A stretch of DNA of 52,776 bases from Dehalococcoidia bacterium (GTDB lineage: Bacteria > Chloroflexota > Dehalococcoidia > UBA2979), in contig JALOAM010000002.1 in the NCBI GenBank assembly GCA_023228765.1, positions 1 to 52,776 of the forward strand. The letters are read 5' to 3'. The position numbers and the translations under genes are program-made. The first letter of the stretch is position 1. Each line of letters begins with the position of its first letter. Positions 46,517-52,776 of the stretch are shown in pieces. The notes beneath the pieces were generated by a model. That model saw only the letters and a program-made list of their open reading frames with translations. It did no database searches and was not told the origin of the DNA.

Positions 46517-46741
46517 CTAAGACGCCGCGACGCTCCAGGCGGAGATGCCGATGAAGACGATGACCACGAGGATCGTCAGCCGGTGCATGGACCGCTGCAT
46601 CCCTCGGCGCGTCCGGAAGGAGGCATCCTGCCCGCCGAGCGCGGCGCCGAACCCCGTCCCGCGTACCTGCATCAGCACGAGCACGATGAGCAGGGTGGAG
46701 ATCAGGATGGTGGCGATGGACAGGAAGTCGCGTAGTTCCAT
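46517..46741 (-). CDS. secG: Preprotein translocase subunit SecG
   Basis: 74 aa, two TM helices separated by a Gly-rich loop: LVLMQVRGTGFGAALGG. Confidence 0.8.
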   Translation of the reverse strand: MELRDFLSIATILISTLLIVLVLMQVRGTGFGAALGGQDASFRTRRGMQRSMHRLTILVVIVFIGISAWSVAAS

Positions 46742-46818
46742 GGTCAGAGCAGGCTACGGCTCGCCACCATCAGCAGCAACTTGTTCCCGGCAACAGCCGG
46801 GGGTCGCCTCGGGGCAGG

Positions 46819-48162
46819 CTAGCCGGCGGCCACCTCGTCCTTCACTTCGTCCTTGAACGCCACGCTCACCTGCGCGCGCAGGTCGCGCTCGTAGTAGGCG
46901 CGCATCAGCGAGGAGGCGAGGCGTTCCGCGTCGTGGCGGTAGCGCTTCTCGGAGTCCACGAGGTCGGCGAGCACGAGGCGCGCTGCGCCGTAGTCCCCGT
47001 CGCCCGGCGCCACCACCGGCTGCGATTGCCACTCGGCAGGGAGGGGCCCGGCGGGCAGGTTGCTGTTCGCGAGCACCGCGTCACAGACATCGTCGCGGCC
47101 GAGGTGCCGGCGCAGCACCGCGAGGTGATCCGCGGCGTTGTAGTGGTCCGTCTCCCCGTGCTGCGTGGCGACGTTCGAGATGAACACGGTGTAGCCGTTG
47201 GACTCCTGCAGGGCGCGGTTGATCCCCCGCACCAGCAGGTTCGGCAGGATCGAGGTGTAGAGGCTGCCGGGCCCGATGATGATCAGGTCCGCGTTCCGGA
47301 TCGCCGCGACGGCGAGCGGGTTCGCCTCGACCTCGCGGGGTTCGAGGCGAACCTCCTGCGGCGGGACGCCTCGCGACGGGACGTGGGACTCGCCGCGGAC
47401 CTCCGTGCCGTCGTCCCAACGGGCGACGAGGGCGACGTCGCCGAGGCTCGAGGGGAGGATGCGGCCGCGGACGGCGAGCACGCGCGAGGTCTCCTCGATC
47501 GCGGTCTCGACGCTGCCCGTGACCTCTGCCATCGCGGCGATGAACAGGTTGCCGAACGAGTGGCCGGCGAGGCCGTCGCCCGCGCGCTCATCGAAGCGGT
47601 ACTGGAAGAGCTCCGTGACGAGGGGTTCAGCCTCGGCGAGGGAGGCGATGCAGTTGCGGATGTCTCCCGGCGGGATCACCTTCAGGTTCTGCCGCAGCTT
47701 CCCGGAAGAACCACCGTCGTCCGCCACGGTCACGATCGCGGTGAGGTTGGCGGTGTATTCCTTCAGACCGCGCAACAGGTTCGAGAGGCCCGTCCCGCCG
47801 CCGATGGCGACGATCTTCGGCCCGCGCCCCCTCGTGCGGTTGCGGTAGACGGCGTCGAAGACGTCCGTCGGAGCACTGGAGGGCGGCATGACGGCGAGGG
47901 CGACCGACTGGTTCAGCTTCCATGCGGCGACCAGCGTGAGGGTGGCCGCACCCGAGATGAAGAGCAGACCACGCGCCCAGCGCGGGATGAACTGCAGCGT
48001 GACGTAGTACGCCCACTCCGGGAACGTGAAGGTCGTGTACGCCTCGCGGAGGAGGTACGCGAAGCCCAGCGCCATGATCGCGATGGCGACCAGCAGCAGC
48101 AGCAGCCACCGCTTGATGTGCAGTCCGAAGTACAGCCACTTCGTGAAATTGTCGCGACTCAA
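46819..48162 (-). CDS. YvcK/CofD-like (UPF0052) gluconeogenesis/cell-shape factor with an N-terminal membrane anchor
   Basis: KIVAIGGGTGLSNLLRGLK, TVADDGGSSGKLR, IPPGDIRNCI, IIIGPGSLYTSILPNLLV. Preceded by about 90 aa with 2-3 hydrophobic helices. TTG start with GAGG 6 nt upstream. Confidence 0.8.
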   Translation of the reverse strand: MSRDNFTKWLYFGLHIKRWLLLLLVAIAIMALGFAYLLREAYTTFTFPEWAYYVTLQFIPRWARGLLFISGAATLTLVAAWKLNQSVALAVMPPSSAPTDVFDAVYRNRTRGRGPKIVAIGGGTGLSNLLRGLKEYTANLTAIVTVADDGGSSGKLRQNLKVIPPGDIRNCIASLAEAEPLVTELFQYRFDERAGDGLAGHSFGNLFIAAMAEVTGSVETAIEETSRVLAVRGRILPSSLGDVALVARWDDGTEVRGESHVPSRGVPPQEVRLEPREVEANPLAVAAIRNADLIIIGPGSLYTSILPNLLVRGINRALQESNGYTVFISNVATQHGETDHYNAADHLAVLRRHLGRDDVCDAVLANSNLPAGPLPAEWQSQPVVAPGDGDYGAARLVLADLVDSEKRYRHDAERLASSLMRAYYERDLRAQVSVAFKDEVKDEVAAG

Positions 48163-48194
48163 GCGAACCTCGATGTCGCCCGCCCCAGAGGAGA

Positions 48195-48223
48195 AGTAAA
48201 GGTCGGCCCGATCACGCGGTCAA
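48195..48223 (-). promoter_or_regulatory. Candidate promoter for the yvcK-like gene (TTGACC-17 nt-TTTACT on the - strand)
   Basis: The -35 hexamer is 48218-48223 and the -10 hexamer is 48195-48200 (read on the - strand), with a 17-nt spacer. The -35 lies inside the palindrome CGCGGTCAACCGCG (48215-48228). Confidence 0.4.
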
Positions 48224-48311
48224 CCGCGGAACGTTGATGGCCGGTTACGAGTCCTTGGCAGGTGCCGCCTCGGGAGTAGGAACGTTGGGGGGTGTCAGGC
48301 GTTCGGTTACC

Positions 48312-49781
48312 TCAGGCGTCCAGGTGCTTCCGCAGGAGTTCCGACACGGTGTTGGCATCCGCGCGGCCCTTCGCTTCGCGCATCACCTGGCCCACGAGGA
48401 ACCCGATCGCGCTCTGCTTTCCGGCGCGGTAGTCCTCCACCGGCTTCGGGTTCGCCTCGATCGCCGCGACCACGAGGGCGTCGATGGCGCCCTCGTCGCT
48501 GACGGCGCCCAGGCCCTGCGCCTCCACGATCGCCTTCGGCATCTGGCCGGACTCGAACGCGACGCCGAGGACCTCCTTCGCGGTGGTCGCCGTGATCGCC
48601 TTCGACTCCACGAGGGCGACGAGTTCCGCGACGTGCGCGGGGGTCACCGGTGTGTCAGACAGCTCGGCTTCCTGGCCGCGCTCGTTCAGGTGCCGCGCGA
48701 CCTCCCCGATGAACCAGAGGGCGACCGGTCGTGCGAGGTCCCCGCCCGCGGCGCGGACGGCCTCCTCGAACGCCTCGGAGCGTTCGCGGGAGTCGGTGAG
48801 GGTGCGAGCTTCGTCGGCGGAGAGCCCGTACTCGGCCTCGAAGCGGGCGCGGCGGGCGTCCGGCAGCTCCGGCATCGCCGCGCGGACCTCGTCCAGGAGG
48901 GCAGCGTCGATCAGCATCGGGGGGAGATCCGGCTCCGGGAAGTACCGGTAGTCGTTGGCCTCCTCCTTGGAGCGCTGGGAGACGGTCTCGCCGGTGGCGT
49001 CCACGTAGCCGCGCGTCTCCTGCACGATGCGCTCGCCCGTGTCGAGGCAGCGCGACTGCCGCTCGATCTCGAACTCGATCGCCCGCTGCACGGAGCGGAA
49101 CGAGTTCATGTTCTTCACCTCGACCTTGGTGCCGAGCGTGGTCTCACCTCGAGGACGGATCGAGACGTTGGCGTCGCAGCGGAGCTGCCCCTTCTCCATG
49201 TCCGCGTCCGCGATCTGCAGGTAGCGCATCGTCTGGCGCAGCTTCCGGAGGAACGCCGCTGCCTCCGCGCCGGAGTGCATGTCCGGCTTCGTGACTAGCT
49301 CCATCAGCGGCGAGCCGGAGCGGTTCACATCGATCAGCGAGTAGCCCTCGGCGCCATCGTCGCGGTGGAGGAGGCGCGCGGTGTCCTCCTCGAGGTGGAT
49401 GCGCTCCAGGTGGACGACCTGCGGGACGCCGTCGACCTCGATCTCCAGTTCGCCGCCGAGGCAGAACGGCTGGTCGTACTGCGAGATCTGGTAGCCCTTC
49501 ACGAGGTCGGGGTAGGGGTAGTTCTTGCGGTCGAACTTGGCGAAGTTCGGGATCTCACAGCCCAGCGCGAGCCCGGCCATGATCGTGTAGGTCACCGCCT
49601 GCTGGTTGATCACCGGCAGCATCCCCGGCATCCCGAGGCAGACCGAGCAGACGTGCGTGTTAGGCGCGGTGTCGAAGTATTCGCGGTCGCAGCCGCAGAA
49701 CATCTTCGACTTCGTCTTGAGCTGGATGTGCACTTCCACGCCGATGACGGCTTCGTAGTCGGTCTTGATCTGCGTGGTCAT
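48312..49781 (-). CDS. gatB: Asp-tRNA(Asn)/Glu-tRNA(Gln) amidotransferase subunit B
   Basis: YEAVIGVEVHIQLKTKSKMFC, DLVKGYQISQYDQP, VEVKNMNSFRSV, YFPEPDLPP, GFLVGQVM. Confidence 0.95.
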   Translation of the reverse strand: MTTQIKTDYEAVIGVEVHIQLKTKSKMFCGCDREYFDTAPNTHVCSVCLGMPGMLPVINQQAVTYTIMAGLALGCEIPNFAKFDRKNYPYPDLVKGYQISQYDQPFCLGGELEIEVDGVPQVVHLERIHLEEDTARLLHRDDGAEGYSLIDVNRSGSPLMELVTKPDMHSGAEAAAFLRKLRQTMRYLQIADADMEKGQLRCDANVSIRPRGETTLGTKVEVKNMNSFRSVQRAIEFEIERQSRCLDTGERIVQETRGYVDATGETVSQRSKEEANDYRYFPEPDLPPMLIDAALLDEVRAAMPELPDARRARFEAEYGLSADEARTLTDSRERSEAFEEAVRAAGGDLARPVALWFIGEVARHLNERGQEAELSDTPVTPAHVAELVALVESKAITATTAKEVLGVAFESGQMPKAIVEAQGLGAVSDEGAIDALVVAAIEANPKPVEDYRAGKQSAIGFLVGQVMREAKGRADANTVSELLRKHLDA

Positions 49782-49876
49782 GTGCTGCTCCGCTCCTGTC
49801 CTCAATCGTACCGTGCGGCATCGGCAGGGCCGAGGGCCCCACGAGCGCCCTCGGACGGCGGGCGTACAATCGGGAC

Positions 49877-50521
49877 ATGCCGCCTGAGCCCGAGCAACCG
49901 CTACTCCCGCCGCTGGACGACGCCGCGGCAGGGACGCCGATCCGCGTCCTCTCGACGAAGTACGACGGCTCGCCGCACTACGACTACTGGGCGCGCCTGA
50001 TCGATCAGCACGGCAGCGTGATCCGCGTCGTGTCCGAGGCCGGCACGCCCACGAGCGGGTATCGCGGTAACGGTGTCTTGCGCAGCGGGATGACGCAGCT
50101 GTTCTTCACGGACCGCTGGTACAACGTCTTCCACAACTATGACCCGGTCGGCCGGCTGGGGATGCACTGGTACGCCAACATCGGCACCCCCGCACGGATC
50201 GAGGGCGACACCCTCCACTGGATCGACCTCGATCTTGACCTCATGTGCACGAACACGCTGAAGTCGCCGCTGGCGGGACAGCGTCGCTGGCACCGGCCCG
50301 GCGCGAACGGCGACGGGGACGCGTGGGTCTTCGTGGACGACGAGGACGAGTTCGCCGAGCACCGCGAGCAGATGGCCTACCCGCTGGACGTCGTGGAGCA
50401 TGCGGAAGCAGCGCTCGAGGAGCTCTTGGCGCTATCGCATGACTTCGCGTTCCCGCTGGACCATGCCTCGCACCTCCCGCCGGAGGTGCTCTCGCGCGTG
50501 GCTCGGTCGCGCCGGGGCTGA
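49877..50521 (+). CDS. DUF402 (FomD/nucleoside di- or triphosphatase-like) family protein
   Basis: TKYDGSPHYDYWA..., FTDRWYNVFHNYD, WYANIGTPA, HWIDLDLDL, typical of DUF402 as I recall it. Confidence 0.6.
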   Translation: MPPEPEQPLLPPLDDAAAGTPIRVLSTKYDGSPHYDYWARLIDQHGSVIRVVSEAGTPTSGYRGNGVLRSGMTQLFFTDRWYNVFHNYDPVGRLGMHWYANIGTPARIEGDTLHWIDLDLDLMCTNTLKSPLAGQRRWHRPGANGDGDAWVFVDDEDEFAEHREQMAYPLDVVEHAEAALEELLALSHDFAFPLDHASHLPPEVLSRVARSRRG

Positions 50522-50581
50522 CGAGTCGCCGGAGTCCCCTCACAGGGTGGTCGCGGCCGTCGTTCGCGTAGACTCGACGGC

Positions 50582-51943
50582 ATGCCGAAGCGTCGCGACG
50601 ACCTGCCGCCCGGGGTGCAGAACGAGTTCTTCGAGAGCCCTCGACGGCCCGTGAGCGGCACCGTGCCGCTCGGCGCACCGCTGGCAGCGCGGATGCGTCC
50701 GCGCACGCTGGAGGAGTACGAGGGGCAGGAACACATCGTCGGCCCCGGCGGGCCGCTCCGGCGGTTCATCGAGGGCGACGAGTTGCCCTCGATCATCCTG
50801 TGGGGGCCGCCCGGGTGCGGGAAGACGACGCTCGCGAACATCATCGCGAACCACACGCAGCGCCACTTCGAGGAGCTCTCGGCCGTCACCAGCGGCATCG
50901 CGGACGTCCGGCGGGTGGTGAAGGAGGCGCAGGACCGCCTCAAGATCTCGGGGCGCCGCACGATCCTGTTCGTGGACGAGCTCCACCGCTTCAACCGCAC
51001 CCAGCAGGATGGCCTGCTCCCCCACGTCGAGGCGGGCACGGTCACCCTCATCGGTGCGACTACGGAGAACCCGTCGTTCTACGTCGTCGCGCCGCTGCTC
51101 TCGCGCTGCCGGGTGTTCCGCCTGGAGCTGCTGTCTCCGTCCGTGATCGAGGGCCTGATGATGCAGGCGATCCGTGACGAGGAGCGCGGCCTCGGCGAGA
51201 TGCGGCTGACGATCGACAGCGAAGCCCTCGATGCGATCTCACACGCTGCCGCGGGCGACGCCCGGTCCGCTTACAACATCCTGGAGGCTGCCGCGACGCT
51301 CGCGGTGCAGGAGCCGGATGACCAGGGGCGCCCCCACGTCACCCGCGACACGGTGGAGGCTGCCGCGCAGCACCGCACCCTCCTCTATGACCGCGAGGGC
51401 GACGCGCACTACGACACGATCTCCGCGTTCATCAAAAGCGTCCGCGGCTCCGACCCGGACGCCGCGCTCTACTGGCTCGCGCGGATGCTCGAGGCCGGCG
51501 AAGACCCGATGTTCGTCGCGCGTCGGATCGTGATCCTCGCGGCGGAGGACGTCGGCCTGGCAGCGCCGGGGGCGCTGCAGATGGCGATGGCAGCGCAGCA
51601 GGCGGTGCACTTCCTCGGCATGCCGGAGGGCCGCCTCCCGCTGGCGGAGGCGACCGTCTACCTGGCGATCGCACCGAAGTCGAACAGCGCGTACGCGGCC
51701 TATGACCGCGCGCTGAAGGACGCCCTGGCCACGCGAAACGAGCCGGTACCCCTCCATCTGCGGAATGCGGCGACACCGCTGATGAAGCAGTTCGGGTACG
51801 GCGACGGCTACCAGTACGCCCACGACTACGAGGGCCACGTGGCGCCGGACCAGAAGTACCGTCCGGATGCCGTGGAAGGCCATCGCTACTACTTCCCGGG
51901 CGACCTGGGGTACGAGGCGCGGGGACGCCAGCAGCAGGGGTAG
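50582..51943 (+). CDS. rarA: Replication-associated recombination protein A (AAA+ ATPase RarA/MgsA)
   Basis: LAARMRPRTLEEYEGQEHIVGPG, Walker A GPPGCGKTT, Walker B ILFVDELHRFN, GATTENPSF, DAALYWLARMLEAGEDP, HLRNA. Confidence 0.9.
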   Translation: MPKRRDDLPPGVQNEFFESPRRPVSGTVPLGAPLAARMRPRTLEEYEGQEHIVGPGGPLRRFIEGDELPSIILWGPPGCGKTTLANIIANHTQRHFEELSAVTSGIADVRRVVKEAQDRLKISGRRTILFVDELHRFNRTQQDGLLPHVEAGTVTLIGATTENPSFYVVAPLLSRCRVFRLELLSPSVIEGLMMQAIRDEERGLGEMRLTIDSEALDAISHAAAGDARSAYNILEAAATLAVQEPDDQGRPHVTRDTVEAAAQHRTLLYDREGDAHYDTISAFIKSVRGSDPDAALYWLARMLEAGEDPMFVARRIVILAAEDVGLAAPGALQMAMAAQQAVHFLGMPEGRLPLAEATVYLAIAPKSNSAYAAYDRALKDALATRNEPVPLHLRNAATPLMKQFGYGDGYQYAHDYEGHVAPDQKYRPDAVEGHRYYFPGDLGYEARGRQQQG

Positions 51944-51968
51944 GCCCGACCGAGGACCCAGCAGACGC

Positions 51969-51999
51969 GAAGCGGGCGGGCCACTGGCCCGCCCGCTTC
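51969..51999. terminator. Bidirectional hairpin between convergent rarA and the cupredoxin gene
   Basis: GAAGCGGGCGGGCC-act-GGCCCGCCCGCTTC, a 14-bp perfect inverted repeat 26 nt after the rarA stop. Confidence 0.55.
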
Positions 52000-52075
52000 A
52001 CTCAGTCCGTCCATCCGGAGGCTCCGAGGTGCTCGCCCGGGTGCGAGCTGCCTCGGAGCCCGACGGCGGTGCCTG

Positions 52076-52645
52076 CTACTCGACGGTGAACGCGGTGTGC
52101 ATGCCGCCCGCGTAGTGGCCGGCGATGTTGCAGATCAGGATGTAGTTGCCGGCCTCCAGGTCGAAGGTGCCCGAGGCGGTCTCGCCGGCCGGGAACTCGT
52201 TGATGGTGCCAACCACGTCCAGGCCGTCCATGTTGACCTGCGCGCCGTCCACGGGGAGGGCGTCAGCGGCCTCGTCGGAGCGGATGACGATGATCTCGTG
52301 CGGCAGCGCGCCGCCGTTGTCGGCCTCGAAGGTCACCTCACCGGCCGGAGCCGACTCGGCGTCGAGCGCGATCGCGAACTCGGAGAGCGCGGCGGCAACG
52401 GTCGTGCCCTCGCCCTCACCGGCTTCCTCGGTCGCCTCTTCGGTCGCGGTAGCTTCCTCGGTGGCCGCCTCGGTCGCGGTGGCCTCTTCCGTGGCCGTGC
52501 CTTCCTCGGTGGCGGTCGCGGTCGCAGTCGCGGTGCCGTCGTCCTCGAACTCGGGGTCGTCGTCCGAGCAGGCGGCGAGGAGCGCGAGCGCAAAGACGCT
52601 CAGGCCGATCAGGAGCGCCAGGCGCGTCCAGCGATTCTTATTCAT
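52076..52645 (-). CDS. Cupredoxin (type-1 copper, plastocyanin/azurin-like) lipoprotein with a long Thr/Ala/Glu linker
   Basis: Signal peptide plus lipobox (LAAC). Candidate ligand set His (LPHEIIV) and C-x4-H-x4-M (CNIAGHYAGGM). AAGAGGGA lies upstream of the ATG at 52645. Confidence 0.75.
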   Translation of the reverse strand: MNKNRWTRLALLIGLSVFALALLAACSDDDPEFEDDGTATATATATEEGTATEEATATEAATEEATATEEATEEAGEGEGTTVAAALSEFAIALDAESAPAGEVTFEADNGGALPHEIIVIRSDEAADALPVDGAQVNMDGLDVVGTINEFPAGETASGTFDLEAGNYILICNIAGHYAGGMHTAFTVE

Positions 52646-52725
52646 CTGTCCCTCTTTTCTGTGTTTGAACACTCGCGGCCGGAGTCCGCGGCAACTCTGA
52701 CCGTACCCCTTGCCGCGCTAGGGAC

Positions 52726-52755
52726 AACACTTGTGTCATCTATCACAAAAGTGTT
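52726..52755. promoter_or_regulatory. Imperfect palindrome containing a CRP/FNR-family-like site, TGTGT-N6-TCACA
   Basis: AACACTTGTG-tcatctat-CACAAAAGTGTT. The core at 52732-52747 matches TGTGA-N6-TCACA at 9 of 10 positions. AT-rich patch about 94 nt upstream of the cupredoxin start. Confidence 0.3.
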
Positions 52756-52776
52756 AACATATCCGACAGTCAGGCG

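Noticed and set aside
41920-48287. Recurrence of AACGTT (twice in the rplY leader, twice as GGAACGTTG in the gatB-yvcK spacer, once inside the DUF3224 gene at about 27891), considered as a shared regulatory motif.
   Set aside because: About three occurrences of this hexamer are expected by chance in 52.8 kb at this base composition. The flanking bases differ between the sites. I kept it only as a local feature of each spacer.

Overview
This is a 52.8 kb, very GC-rich stretch (about 70% by eye) of ordinary chromosomal core genome. I call 51 protein-coding genes. I found no rRNA, tRNA, CRISPR array, transposase, integrase or recognisable defence gene.

Gene content:
- Sec translocon accessories: yajC, secD, secF, secG.
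- Protein quality control: tig-clpP-clpX.
- Translation and RNA modification: def (5' truncated), fmt, aspS, gatB, rplY/ctc, rlmN, tlyA.
- A two-strand TCA cluster: sdhCAB converging on icd-mdh-fumC.
- A carboxyltransferase (pccB-like).
- One peptide ABC importer without ATPase genes, plus two orphan binding proteins.
- A hydantoinase/oxoprolinase A/B pair.
- dps, hemW, nadK, rarA, a yvcK-like gene, a cupredoxin lipoprotein, and LysM and M28 envelope proteins.
- Two paralogous PPOX-class (F420-type) split-barrel proteins.

Many genes are translationally coupled by ATGA, GTGA or TAATG overlaps. Three features fit a monoderm GC-rich lineage such as Chloroflexota or Actinomycetota: F420-type PPOX proteins, a b558-type SdhC, and Thr/Ala/Glu-rich tethers on lipoproteins. 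I cannot confirm the lineage without a database search.

I do not see a clear novel multi-gene system. The oddities most worth a second look are:
1. A 131-aa protein between yajC and secD whose last 72 residues are only Asp/Glu, punctuated by five Trp.
2. A roughly 125-residue SH3-like insertion in the SecF periplasmic loop.
3. An orphan Tat-lipoprotein siderophore/heme-type binding protein flanked by the two PPOX paralogs.
4. A recurring TAnnnT box 6-8 nt upstream of ATG codons that lack a Shine-Dalgarno sequence, which suggests leaderless mRNAs.
5. Several small repeat and palindrome structures in intergenic regions.

All functional calls come from motif recognition by eye in the supplied translations. 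No searches were run.
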